From: Tubulanus polymorphus
Taxonomy: Eukaryota > Animalia > Nemertea
Assembly: GCF_964204645.1 (NCBI RefSeq)
Contig: NW_027437451.1
Span: 42,001-106,000 of the forward strand
Reading direction: 5' to 3'
DNA: 64,000 nucleotides
This document shows, in pieces, positions 13,165 through 28,009 of the stretch; position 1 is the stretch's first letter; every line of letters begins with the position of its first letter. The position numbers were made by a program, and so were the translations under genes. Below the pieces are notes generated by a model that was not told where the DNA came from, searched no databases, and saw only the letters and a program-made list of their open reading frames with translations.

Positions 13165-16100
13165 TCTATTGAAAATCAGTTCAGTACACCCTAACCCATC
13201 AATTTAGATAGAATTCATCATTTTTAGAACCTAATTAAGCAAGAAAAATCTGTTTCTTTCATCCTATCTACTCGAAATCAGTTCAGTTTACCTTAAGCTA
13301 TCATTTCAGATCGAGTCCATCATCTTCAGGAGCATAAATAGCCAGAAAATTCTTAATCTTTCCACCTATCTATTTGAAATCAGTTCAATACGCCTTAACC
13401 CATCTTTTCAGATTGAATCAATCAACTTCAGAAGTATAAGTAGTCAGAAAATTCTGATTCTTTCAACCTATCTATTTGAAATCAGTTCAATTCGCCTAAA
13501 CGCATCATTTCAGATTGAATCAATCAACTTCAGTAGTATAATTAGTCAGAAAATTCTGAATCTTTCAACCAATCTATTGAAAATCAGTTCAGTACACCCT
13601 AACCCAACAATTAAGATAGAATTCATCATCTTTAGGACCCTATTTTGCAAGAAAAATCTCTATCTTTCAGTCCATCTACTCGAAATCAGTTCAGTTTACC
13701 TTAACATATCATTTCAGATCGAGTCCATCATCTTCAGGAGCATAAATAGCCAGAAAATTCTTAATCTTTCCACCTATCTATTTGAAATCAGTTCAATACG
13801 CCTTAACCCATCTTTTCAGATTGAGTCCATCATCTTCAGAACAAAGGGCAGCCAGAAAATTCTGATTCTTTCAACCTATCTATTGAAAATCAGTTCAGTT
13901 CACCCTAACCCATCAATTAAGATAGAATTCATCATCTTTAGGACCCTATTTTGCAAGAAAAATCTGTATCTTTCAGTCCATCTACTCGAAATCAGTTCAG
14001 TTTACCTTAACCTATCATTTCAGATCGAGTCCATCATCTTCAGGAGCATAAGTACCCAGAAAATTCAGAATCTTTCCACCTATCTATTTGAAATCAGTTC
14101 AATACGCCTTAACCCATCTTTTCAGATTGAGTCCATCATCTTCAGAACCAAAGGCAGCCAGAAAATTCTGATTCTTTCCACCTATCTATTTGAAATCAGT
14201 TCAGTTCACCCTAACCCATCAATTAAGATAGAATTCGTCATCTTTAGGACCCTATTTTGCAAGAAAAATCTCTATCTTTCAGTCCATCTACTCGAAATCA
14301 GTTCAGTTTACCTTAACCTATCATTTCAGATCGAGTCCATCATCTTCAGGAGCATAAATAGCCAGAAAATTCTTAATCTTTCCACCTATCTATTTGAAAT
14401 CAGTTCAATACGCCTTAACCCACCTTTTCAGATTGAATCAATCAACTTCAGAAGTATAAGTAGTCAGAAAATTCTGAATCTTTCAACCAATCTATTGAAA
14501 ATCAGTTCAGTACACCCTAACCCAACAATTAAGATAGAATTCATCATCTTTAGGACCCTATTTTGCAAGAAAAATCTCTATCTTTCAGTCCATCTACTCG
14601 AAATCAGTTCAGTTTACCTTAACCTATCATTTCAGATCGAGTCCATCATCTTCAGGAGCATAAATAGCCAGAAAATTCTTAATCTTTCCACCTATCTATT
14701 TGAAATCAGTTCAATACGCCTTAACCCATCTTTTCAGATTGAGTCCATCATCTTCAGAACAAAGGGCAGCCAGAAAATTCTGATTCTTTCAACCTATCTA
14801 TTGAAAATCAGTTCAGTACACCCTAACCCATCAATTAAGATAGAATTCATCATCTTTAGGACCCTATTTTGCAAGAAAAATTTGTATCTTTCAGTCCATC
14901 TACTCGAAATCAGTTCAGTTTACCTTAACCTATCATTTCAGATCGAGTCCATCATCTTCAGGCGCATAAATAGCCAGAAAATTCTGATTCTTTCCACCTA
15001 TCTATTTGAAATCAGTTCAGTTCACCCTAACCCATCAATTAAGATAGAATTCGTCATCTTTAGGACCCTATTTTCCAAGAAAAATCTGTATCTTTCAGTC
15101 CATCTACTCGAAATCAGTTCAGTTTACCTTACCCTATCATTTCAGATCGAGTCCATCATCTTCAGGAGCATAAATAGCCAGAAAATTCTGATTCTTTCAA
15201 CCTATCTATTTGAAATCAGTTCAATTCGCCTAAACACATCATTTCAGATTGAATCAATCAACTTCAGTAGTATAATTAGTCAGAAAATTCTGAATCTTAC
15301 AACCAATCTATTGAAAATCAGTTCAGTACACCCTAACCCATCAATTTAGATAGAATTCATCATTTTTAGAACCTAATTAAGCAAGAAAAATCTGTTTCTT
15401 TCATCCTATCTACTCGAAATCAGTTCAGTTTACCTTAAGCTATCATTTCAGATCGAGTCCATCATCTTCAGGAGCATAAATAGCCAGAAAATTCTTAATC
15501 TTTCCACCTATCTATTTGAAATCAGTTCAATACGCCTTAACCCATCTTTTCAGATTGAATCAATCAACTTCAGAAGTATAAGTAGTCAGAAAATTCTGAT
15601 TCTTTCAACCTATCTATTTGAAATCAGTTCAATTCGCCTAAACGCATCATTTCAGATTGAATCAATCAACTTCAGTAGTATAATTAGTCAGAAAATTCTG
15701 AATCTTTCAACCAATCTATTAAAAATCAGTTCAGTACACCCTAACCCAACAATTAAGATAGAATTCATCATCTTTAGGACCCTATTTTGCAAGAAAAATC
15801 TCTATCTTTCAGTCCATCTACTCGAAATCAGTTCAGTTTACCTTAACATATCATTTCAGATCGAGTCCATCATCTTCAGGAGCATAAATAGCCAGAAAAT
15901 TCTTAATCTTTCCACCTATCTATTTGAAATCAGTTCAATACGCCTTAACCCATCTTTTCAGATTGAGTCCATCATCTTCAGAACAAAGGGCAGCCAGAAA
16001 ATTCTGATTCTTTCAACCTATCTATTGAAAATCAGTTCAGTACACCCTAACCCATCAATTAAGATAGAATTCATCATCTTTAGGACCCTATTTTGCAAGA

Positions 16101-19100
16101 AAAATCTGTATCTTTCAGTCCATCTACTCGAAATCAGTTCAGTTTACCTTAACCTATCATTTCAGATCGAGTCCATCATCTTCAGGAGCATAAATAGCCA
16201 AAAAATTCTTAATCGTTCCACCTATCTATTTGAAATCAGTTCAATACGCCTTAACCCATCTTTTCAGATTGAATCAATCAACTTCAGAAGTATAAGTAGT
16301 CAGAAAATTCTGAATCTTTCAACCAATCTATTGAAAATCAGTTCAGTACACCCTAACCCAACAATTAAGATAGAATTCATCATCTTTAGGACCCTATTTT
16401 GCAAGAAAAATCTGTATCTTTCAGTCCATCTACTCGAAATCAGTTCAGTTTACCTTAACCTATCATTTCAGATCGAGTCCATCATCTGCAGGAGCATAAA
16501 TAGCCAGAAAATTCTTAATCTTTCCACCTATCTATTTGAAATCAGTTCAATACGCCTTAACCCATCTTTTCAGATTGAATCCATCATCTTCAGAACCAAA
16601 AGCAGCCAGAAAATTCTGATTCTTTCCACCTATCTATTTGAAATCAGTTCAGTACACCCTAACCCATCAATTAAGATAGAATTCGTCATCTTTAGGACCC
16701 TATTTTGCAAGAAAAATCTGTATCTTTCAGTCCATCTACTCGAAATCAGTTCAGTTTACCTTAACCTATCATTTCAGATCGAGTCCATCATCTTCAGGAG
16801 CATAAATAGCCAGAAAATTCTTAATCTTTCCACCTATCTATTTGAAATCAGTTCAATACGCCTTATCCCATCTTTTCAGATTGAATCAATCAACTTCAGA
16901 AGTATAAGTAGTCAGAAAATTCTGAATCTTTCCACCTATCTATTTGAAATCAGTTCAATACGCCTTATCCCATCTTTTCAGATTGAATCAATCAACTTCA
17001 GAAGTATAAGTAGTCAGAAAATTCTGAATCTTTCCACCTATCTATTTGAAATCAGTTCAATACGCCTTAACACATCATTTCAGATCGAGTCCATCATCTT
17101 CAGGAGCATAAATAGCCAGAAAATTCTTAATCTTTCCACCTATCTACTCGAAATCAGTTCAGTTTACCTTAACCTATCATTTCAGATTGAGTCCATCATC
17201 TTCAGGAGAATAAGCACGCAGAAAATTCTGAATCTTTCCACCTATCTATTTGAAATCAGTTCAATACGCCTTAACACATCTTTTCAGATTGAGTCCATCA
17301 TCTTCAGAACCAAAGGCAGCCAGAAAATTCTGATTCTTTCCACCTATCTATTTGAAATCAGTTCAGTTCACCCTAACTCATCAATTAAGATAGAATTCGT
17401 CATCTTTAGGACCATATTTTGCAAGAAAAATCTGTATCTTTATGTCCATCTACTCGAAATCAGTTCAGTTTACCTTACCCTATCATTTCAGATCGAGTCC
17501 ATCATCTTCAGGAGCATAAATAGCCAGAAAATTCTTAATCTTTCCACCTATCTATTTGAAATCAGTTTAATACGCCTTAACCCATCTTTTCAGATTGAAT
17601 CAATCAACTTCAGAAGTATAAGTAGTCAGAAAATTCTGAATCTTTCAACCAATCTATTGAAAATCAGTTCAGTACACCCTAACCCAACAATTAAGATAGA
17701 ATTCATCATTTTTAGGACCTAATTAACCAAGAAAAATCTGTTTCTTTCATCCCATCTACTCGAAATGAGTTCAGTTTACCTTAACCTATCATTTCAGATC
17801 GAGACCATCATCTTCAGGAGCATAAATAGTCAGAAAATTCTTAATCTTTCCACCTATCCATTTGAAATCAGTTCAATACGCCTTAGCCCATCTTTTCAGA
17901 TTGAGTCCATCATCTTCAGAACCAAAGGCGGCCAGAAAATTCTGATTCTTTCAACCAATCTATTGAAAATCAGTTCAGTACACCCTAACCCATCATTTAA
18001 GATAGAATTCATCATCTTTAGGACCCTATTTTGCAAGAAAAATTTGTATCTTTCAGTCCATCTACTCGAAATCAGTTCAGTTTACCTTAACCTATCATTT
18101 CAGATCGAGTCCATCATCTTCAGGCGCATAAATAGCCAGAAAATTCTTAATCTTTCCACCTATCTATTTGAAATCAGTTCAATACGCCTTAACCCATCTT
18201 TTCAGATTGAGTCCATCATCTTCAGAACCAAAGGCAGCCAGAAAATTCTGATTCGTTCCACCTATCTATTTGAAATCAGTTCAATACGCCTTAACACATC
18301 TTTTCAGATTGAATCCATCATCTTCAGAACCAAAAGCAGCCAGAAAATTCTGATTCTTTCAACCAATCTATTGAAAATCAGTTCAGTACACCCTAACCCA
18401 TCAATTAAGATAGAATTCATCATCTTTAGGACCCTATTTTTCAAGAAAAATTTGTATCTTTCAGTCCATCTACTCGAAATCAGTTCAGTTTACCTTAACC
18501 TATCATTTCAGATCGAGTCCATCATCTTCAGGCGCATAAATAGCCAGAAAATTCTTAATCTTACCACCTATCTATTTGAAATCAGTTCAATACGCCTTAA
18601 CCCATCTTTTCAGATTGAGTCCATCATCTTCAGAACCAAAGGCAGCCAGAAAATTCTGATTCTTTCCACCTATCTATTTGAAATCAGTTCAGTTCACCCT
18701 AACCCATCAATTAAGATAGAATTCATCATCTTTAGGACCCTATTTTGCAAGAAAAATCTGTATCTTTTAGTCCATCTACTCGAAATCAGTTCAGTTTACC
18801 TTAACCTATCATTTCAGATCGAGTCCATCATCTTCAGGAGCATAAATAGCCAGAAAATTCTTAATCTTTCCACCTATCTATTTGAAATCAGTTCAATACG
18901 CCTTAACCCATCTTTTCAGATTGAGTCCATCATCTTCAGAACCAAAGGCAGCCAGAAAATTCTGATTCTGTCAACCTATCTATTTGAAATCAGTTCAGTA
19001 CACCCTAACCCATCAATTAAGATAGAATTCATCATCTTTAGGACCCTATTTTGCAAGAAAAATCTGTATCTTTCAGTCCATCTACTCGAAATCAGTTCAG

Positions 19101-22100
19101 TTTACCTTAACCTATCATTTCAGATCGAGTCCATCATCTTCAGGAGCATAAGTACCCAGAAAATTCAGAATCTTTCCACCTATCTATTTGAAATCAGTTC
19201 AATACGCCTTAACCCATCTTTTCAGATAGAATCCATCATCTTCAGAACCAAAAGCAGCCAGAAAATTCTGATTCTTTCCACCTATCTATTTGAAATCAGT
19301 TCAGTACACCCCAACCCATCGATTAAGATAGAATTCGTCATCTTTAGGACCCTATTTTGCAAGAAAAATCTGTATCTTTTAGTCCATCTACTCGAAATCA
19401 GTTCAGTTTACCTTAACCTATCATTTCAGATCGAGTCCATCATCTTCAGGAGCATAAATAGCCAGAAAATTCTTAATCTTTCCACCTATCTATTTGAAAT
19501 CAGTTCAATACGCCTTAACCCATCTTTTCAGATTGAGTCCATCATCTTCAGAACCAAAGGCAGCCAGAAAATTCTGATTCTTATCTATATGAAATCAGTT
19601 TAGTACACCCTAACCCATCATTTAAGATAGAATTCATCATCTTTAGGACCATATTTTGCAAGAAAAATCTGTATCTTTCAGTCCATCTACTCGAAATCAG
19701 TTCAGTTTACCTTACCCTATCATTTCAGATCGAGTCCATCATCTTCAGGAGCATAAATAGCCAGAAAATTCTTAATCTTTCCACCTATCTATTTGAAATC
19801 AGTTCAATACGCCTTAACACATCTTTTCAGATTGAATCCATCATCTTCAGAACCAAAAGCAGCCAGAAAATTCTGATTCTTTCAACCTATCTATTTGAAA
19901 TCAGTTCAATTCGCCTAAACGCATCATTTCAGATTGAATCAATCAACTTCAGTAGTATAATTAGTCAGAAAATTCTGAATCTTTCAACCAATCTATTGAA
20001 AATCAGTTCAGTACACCCTAACCCATCAATTAAGATAGAATTCATCATTTTTAGAACCTAATTAATCAAGAAAAATCTGTTTCTTTCTTCCCATCTACTC
20101 GAAATCAGTTCAGTTTACCTTAACCTATCATTTCAGATCGAGTCCATCATCTTCAGGAGCATAAATAGCCAAAAAATTCTTAATCGTTCCACCTATCTAT
20201 TTGAAATCAGTTCAATACGCCTTAACCCATCTTTTCAGATTGAATCAATCAACTTCAGAAGTATAAGTAGTCAGAAAATTCTGAATCTTTCAACCAATCT
20301 ATTGAAAATCAGTTCAGTACACCCTAACCCAACAATTAAGATAGAATTCATCATCTTTAGGACCCTATTTTGCAAGAAAAATCTGTATCTTTCAGTCCAT
20401 CTACTCGAAATCAGTTCAGTTTACCTTAACCTATCATTTCAGATCGAGTCCATCATCTGCAGGAGCATAAATAGCCAGAAAATTCTTAATCTTTCCACCT
20501 ATCTATTTGAAATCAGTTCAATACGCCTTAACCCATCTTTTCAGATTGAATCCATCATCTTCAGAACCAAAGGCAGCAAGAAAATTCTGATTCTTTCAAC
20601 CTATCTATTGAAAATCAGTTCAGTACACCCTAACCCATCAATTTAGATAGAATTCATCATTTTTAGAACCTAATTAAGCAAGAAAAATCTGTTTCTTTCA
20701 TCCTATCTACTCGAAATCAGTTCAGTTTACCTTAAGCTATCATTTCAGATCGAGTCCATCATCTTCAGGAGCATAAATAGCCAGAAAATTCTTAATCTTT
20801 CCACCTATCTATTTGAAATCAGTTCAATACGCCTTAACCCATCTTTTCAGATTGAATCAATCAACTTCAGAAGTATAAGTAGTCAGAAAATTCTGATTCT
20901 TTCAACCTATCTATTTGAAATCAGTTCAATTCGCCTAAACGCATCATTTCAGATTGAATCAATCAACTTCAGTAGTATAATTAGTCAGAAAATTCTGAAT
21001 CTTTCAACCAATCTATTGAAAATCAGTTCAGTACACCCTAACCCAACAATTAAGATAGAATTCATCATCTTTAGGACCCTATTTTGCAAGAAAAATCTCT
21101 ATCTTTCAGTCCATCTACTCGAAATCAGTTCAGTTTACCTTAACATATCATTTCAGATCGAGTCCATCATCTTCAGGAGCATAAATAGCCAGAAAATTCT
21201 TAATCTTTCCACCTATCTATTTGAAATCAGTTCAATACGCCTTAACCCATCTTTTCAGATTGAGTCCATCATCTTCAGAACAAAGGGCAGCCAGAAAATT
21301 CTGATTCTTTCAACCTATCTATTGAAAATCAGTTCAGTTCACCCTAACCCATCAATTAAGATAGAATTCATCATCTTTAGGACCCTATTTTGCAAGAAAA
21401 ATCTGTATCTTTCAGTCCATCTACTCGAAATCAGTTCAGTTTACCTTAACCTATCATTTCAGATCGAGTCCATCATCTTCAGGAGCATAAGTACCCAGAA
21501 AATTCAGAATCTTTCCACCTATCTATTTGAAATCAGTTCAATACGCCTTAACCCATCTTTTCAGATTGAGTCCATCATCTTCAGAACCAAAGGCAGCCAG
21601 AAAATTCTGATTCTTTCCACCTATCTATTTGAAATCAGTTCAGTTCACCCTAACCCATCAATTAAGATAGAATTCGTCATCTTTAGGACCCTATTTTGCA
21701 AGAAAAATCTCTATCTTTCAGTCCATCTACTCGAAATCAGTTCAGTTTACCTTAACCTATCATTTCAGATCGAGTCCATCATCTTCAGGAGCATAAATAG
21801 CCAGAAAATTCTTAATCTTTCCACCTATCTATTTGAAATCAGTTCAATACGCCTTAACCCACCTTTTCAGATTGAATCAATCAACTTCAGAAGTATAAGT
21901 AGTCAGAAAATTCTGAATCTTTCAACCAATCTATTGAAAATCAGTTCAGTACACCCTAACCCAACAATTAAGATAGAATTCATCATCTTTAGGACCCTAT
22001 TTTGCAAGAAAAATCTCTATCTTTCAGTCCATCTACTCGAAATCAGTTCAGTTTACCTTAACCTATCATTTCAGATCGAGTCCATCATCTTCAGGAGCAT

Positions 22101-25100
22101 AAATAGCCAGAAAATTCTTAATCTTTCCACCTATCTATTTGAAATCAGTTCAATACGCCTTAACCCATCTTTTCAGATTGAGTCCATCATCTTCAGAACA
22201 AAGGGCAGCCAGAAAATTCTGATTCTTTCAACCTATCTATTGAAAATCAGTTCAGTACACCCTAACCCATCAATTAAGATAGAATTCATCATCTTTAGGA
22301 CCCTATTTTGCAAGAAAAATTTGTATCTTTCAGTCCATCTACTCGAAATCAGTTCAGTTTACCTTAACCTATCATTTCAGATCGAGTCCATCATCTTCAG
22401 GCGCATAAATAGCCAGAAAATTCTGATTCTTTCCACCTATCTATTTGAAATCAGTTCAGTTCACCCTAACCCATCAATTAAGATAGAATTCGTCATCTTT
22501 AGGACCCTATTTTCCAAGAAAAATCTGTATCTTTCAGTCCATCTACTCGAAATCAGTTCAGTTTACCTTACCCTATCATTTCAGATCGAGTCCATCATCT
22601 TCAGGAGCATAAATAGCCAGAAAATTCTGATTCTTTCAACCTATCTATTTGAAATCAGTTCAATTCGCCTAAACACATCATTTCAGATTGAATCAATCAA
22701 CTTCAGTAGTATAATTAGTCAGAAAATTCTGAATCTTACAACCAATCTATTGAAAATCAGTTCAGTACACCCTAACCCATCAATTTAGATAGAATTCATC
22801 ATTTTTAGAACCTAATTAAGCAAGAAAAATCTGTTTCTTTCATCCTATCTACTCGAAATCAGTTCAGTTTACCTTAAGCTATCATTTCAGATCGAGTCCA
22901 TCATCTTCAGGAGCATAAATAGCCAGAAAATTCTTAATCTTTCCACCTATCTATTTGAAATCAGTTCAATACGCCTTAACCCATCTTTTCAGATTGAATC
23001 AATCAACTTCAGAAGTATAAGTAGTCAGAAAATTCTGATTCTTTCAACCTATCTATTTGAAATCAGTTCAATTCGCCTAAACGCATCATTTCAGATTGAA
23101 TCAATCAACTTCAGTAGTATAATTAGTCAGAAAATTCTGAATCTTTCAACCAATCTATTAAAAATCAGTTCAGTACACCCTAACCCAACAATTAAGATAG
23201 AATTCATCATCTTTAGGACCCTATTTTGCAAGAAAAATCTCTATCTTTCAGTCCATCTACTCGAAATCAGTTCAGTTTACCTTAACATATCATTTCAGAT
23301 CGAGTCCATCATCTTCAGGAGCATAAATAGCCAGAAAATTCTTAATCTTTCCACCTATCTATTTGAAATCAGTTCAATACGCCTTAACCCATCTTTTCAG
23401 ATTGAGTCCATCATCTTCAGAACAAAGGGCAGCCAGAAAATTCTGATTCTTTCAACCTATCTATTGAAAATCAGTTCAGTACACCCTAACCCATCAATTA
23501 AGATAGAATTCATCATCTTTAGGACCCTATTTTGCAAGAAAAATCTGTATCTTTCAGTCCATCTACTCGAAATCAGTTCAGTTTACCTTAACCTATCATT
23601 TCAGATCGAGTCCATCATCTTCAGGAGCATAAATAGCCAAAAAATTCTTAATCGTTCCACCTATCTATTTGAAATCAGTTCAATACGCCTTAACCCATCT
23701 TTTCAGATTGAATCAATCAACTTCAGAAGTATAAGTAGTCAGAAAATTCTGAATCTTTCAACCAATCTATTGAAAATCAGTTCAGTACACCCTAACCCAA
23801 CAATTAAGATAGAATTCATCATCTTTAGGACCCTATTTTGCAAGAAAAATCTGTATCTTTCAGTCCATCTACTCGAAATCAGTTCAGTTTACCTTAACCT
23901 ATCATTTCAGATCGAGTCCATCATCTGCAGGAGCATAAATAGCCAGAAAATTCTTAATCTTTCCACCTATCTATTTGAAATCAGTTCAATACGCCTTAAC
24001 CCATCTTTTCAGATTGAATCCATCATCTTCAGAACCAAAAGCAGCCAGAAAATTCTGATTCTTTCCACCTATCTATTTGAAATCAGTTCAGTACACCCTA
24101 ACCCATCAATTAAGATAGAATTCGTCATCTTTAGGACCCTATTTTGCAAGAAAAATCTGTATCTTTCAGTCCATCTACTCGAAATCAGTTCAGTTTACCT
24201 TACCCTATCATTTCAGATCGAGTCCATCATCTTCAGGAGCATAAATAGCCAGAAAATTCTTAATCTTTCCACCTATCTATTTGAAATCAGTTCAATACGC
24301 CTTATCCCATCTTTTCAGATTGAATCAATCAACTTCAGAAGTATAAGTAGTCAGAAAATTCTGAATCTTTCCACCTATCTATTTGAAATCAGTTCAATAC
24401 GCCTTATCCCATCTTTTCAGATTGAATCAATCAACTTCAGAAGTATAAGTAGTCAGAAAATTCTGAATCTTTCCACCTATCTATTTGAAATCAGTTCAAT
24501 ACGCCTTAACACATCATTTCAGATCGAGTCCATCATCTTCAGGAGCATAAATAGCCAGAAAATTCTTAATCTTTCCACCTATCTACTCGAAATCAGTTCA
24601 GTTTACCTTAACCTATCATTTCAGATTGAGTCCATCATCTTCAGGAGAATAAGCACGCAGAAAATTCTGAATCTTTCCACCTATCTATTTGAAATCAGTT
24701 CAATACGCCTTAACACATCTTTTCAGATTGAGTCCATCATCTTCAGAACCAAAGGCAGCCAGAAAATTCTGATTCTTTCCACCTATCTATTTGAAATCAG
24801 TTCAGTTCACCCTAACTCATCAATTAAGATAGAATTCGTCATCTTTAGGACCATATTTTGCAAGAAAAATCTGTATCTTTATGTCCATCTACTCGAAATC
24901 AGTTCAGTTTACCTTACCCTATCATTTCAGATCGAGTCCATCATCTTCAGGAGCATAAATAGCCAGAAAATTCTTAATCTTTCCACCTATCTATTTGAAA
25001 TCAGTTTAATACGCCTTAACCCATCTTTTCAGATTGAATCAATCAACTTCAGAAGTATAAGTAGTCAGAAAATTCTGAATCTTTCAACCAATCTATTGAA

Positions 25101-28009
25101 AATCAGTTCAGTACACCCTAACCCAACAATTAAGATAGAATTCATCATTTTTAGGACCTAATTAATCAAGAAAAATCTGTTTCTTTCATCCCATCTACTC
25201 GAAATCAGTTCAGTTTACCTTAACCTATCATTTCAGATCGAGACCATCATCTTCAGGAGCATAAATAGTCAGAAAATTCTTAATCTTTCCACCTATCCAT
25301 TTGAAATCAGTTCAATACGCCTTAGCCCATCTTTTCAGATTGAGTCCATCATCTTCAGAACCAAAGGCGGCCAGAAAATTCTGATTCTTTCAACCAATCT
25401 ATTGAAAATCAGTTCAGTACACCCTAACCCATCATTTAAGATAGAATTCATCATCTTTAGGACCCTATTTTGCAAGAAAAATTTGTATCTTTCAGTCCAT
25501 CTACACGAAATCAGTTCAGTTTACCTTAACCTATCATTTCAGATCGAGTCCATCATCTTCAGGCGCATAAATAGCCAGAAAATTCTTAATCTTTCCACCT
25601 ATCTATTTGAAATCAGTTCAATACGCCTTAACCCATCTTTTCAGATTGAGTCCATCATCTTCAGAACCAAAGGCAGCCAGAAAATTCTGATTCGTTCCAC
25701 CTATCTATTTGAAATCAGTTCAATACGCCTTAACACATCTTTTCAGATTGAATCCATCATCTTCAGAACCAAAAGCAGCCAGAAAATTCTGATTCTTTCA
25801 ACCAATCTATTGAAAATCAGTTCAGTACACCCTAACCCATCAATTAAGATAGAATTCATCATCTTTAGGACCCTATTTTTCAAGAAAAATTTGTATCTTT
25901 CAGTCCATCTACTCGAAATCAGTTCAGTTTACCTTAACCTATCATTTCAGATCGAGTCCATCATCTTCAGGCGCATAAATAGCCAGAAAATTCTTAATCT
26001 TACCACCTATCTATTTGAAATCAGTTCAATACGCCTTAACCCATCTTTTCAGATTGAGTCCATCATCTTCAGAACCAAAGGCAGCCAGAAAATTCTGATT
26101 CTTTCCACCTATCTATTTGAAATCAGTTCAGTTCACCCTAACCCATCAATTAAGATAGAATTCATCATCTTTAGGACCCTATTTTGCAAGAAAAATCTGT
26201 ATCTTTTAGTCCATCTACTCGAAATCAGTTCAGTTTACCTTAACCTATCATTTCAGATCGAGTCCATCATCTTCAGGAGCATAAATAGCCAGAAAATTCT
26301 TAATCTTTCCACCTATCTATTTGAAATCAGTTCAATACGCCTTAACCCATCTTTTCAGATTGAGTCCATCATCTTCAGAACCAAAGGCAGCCAGAAAATT
26401 CTGATTCTGTCAACCTATCTATTTGAAATCAGTTCAGTACACCCTAACCCATCAATTAAGATAGAATTCATCATCTTTAGGACCCTATTTTGCAAGAAAA
26501 ATCTGTATCTTTCAGTCCATCTACTCGAAATCAGTTCAGTTTACCTTAACCTATCATTTCAGATCGAGTCCATCATCTTCAGGAGCATAAGTACCCAGAA
26601 AATTCAGAATCTTTCCACCTATCTATTTGAAATCAGTTCAATACGCCTTAACCCATCTTTTCAGATAGAATCCATCATCTTCAGAACCAAAAGCAGCCAG
26701 AAAATTCTGATTCTTTCCACCTATCTATTTGAAATCAGTTCAGTACACCCCAACCCATCGATTAAGATAGAATTCGTCATCTTTAGGACCCTATTTTGCA
26801 AGAAAAATCTGTATCTTTTAGTCCATCTACTCGAAATCAGTTCAGTTTACCTTAACCTATCATTTCAGATCGAGTCCATCATCTTCAGGAGCATAAATAG
26901 CCAGAAAATTCTTAATCTTTCCACCTATCTATTTGAAATCAGTTCAATACGCCTTAACCCATCTTTTCAGATTGAGTCCATCATCTTCAGAACCAAAGGC
27001 AGCCAGAAAATTCTGATTCTTATCTATATGAAATCAGTTTAGTACACCCTAACCCATCATTTAAGATAGAATTCATCATCTTTAGGACCATATTTTGCAA
27101 GAAAAATCTGTATCTTTCAGTCCATCTACTCGAAATCAGTTCAGTTTACCTTACCCTATCATTTCAGATCGAGTCCATCATCTTCAGGAGCATAAATAGC
27201 CAGAAAATTCTTAATCTTTCCACCTATCTATTTGAAATCAGTTCAATACGCCTTAACACATCTTTTCAGATTGAATCCATCATCTTCAGAACCAAAAGCA
27301 GCCAGAAAATTCTGATTCTTTCAACCTATCTATTTGAAATCAGTTCAATTCGCCTAAACGCATCATTTCAGATTGAATCAATCAACTTCAGTAGTATAAT
27401 TAGTCAGAAAATTCTGAATCTTTCAACCAATCTATTGAAAATCAGTTCAGTACACCCTAACCCATCAATTAAGATAGAATTCATCATTTTTAGAACCTAA
27501 TTAATCAAGAAAAATCTGTTTCTTTCTTCCCATCTACTCGAAATCAGTTCAGTTTACCTTAACCTATCATTTCAGATCGAGTCCATCATCTTCAGGAGCA
27601 TAAATAGCCAAAAAATTCTTAATCGTTCCACCTATCTATTTGAAATCAGTTCAATACGCCTTAACCCATCTTTTCAGATTGAATCAATCAACTTCAGAAG
27701 TATAAGTAGTCAGAAAATTCTGAATCTTTCAACCAATCTATTGAAAATCAGTTCAGTACACCCTAACCCAACAATTAAGATAGAATTCATCATCTTTAGG
27801 ACCCTATTTTGCAAGAAAAATCTGTATCTTTCAGTCCATCTACTCGAAATCAGTTCAGTTTACCTTAACCTATCATTTCAGATCGAGTCCATCATCTGCA
27901 GGAGCATAAATAGCCAGAAAATTCTTAATCTTTCCACCTATCTATTTGAAATCAGTTCAATACGCCTTAACCCATCTTTTCAGATTGAATCCATCATCTT
28001 CAGAACCAA
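13165..28009 (+). repeat. Direct tandem duplication of 7,439 bp (73 monomers minus 7 bp)
   Basis: ORF-track landmarks 13577/21016, 16025/23464, 19603/27042 and 20302/27741 all differ by 7439 = 73x102-7. The 7-bp deletion occurs at 19581 and 27020. Boundaries are approximate. Confidence 0.92.
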
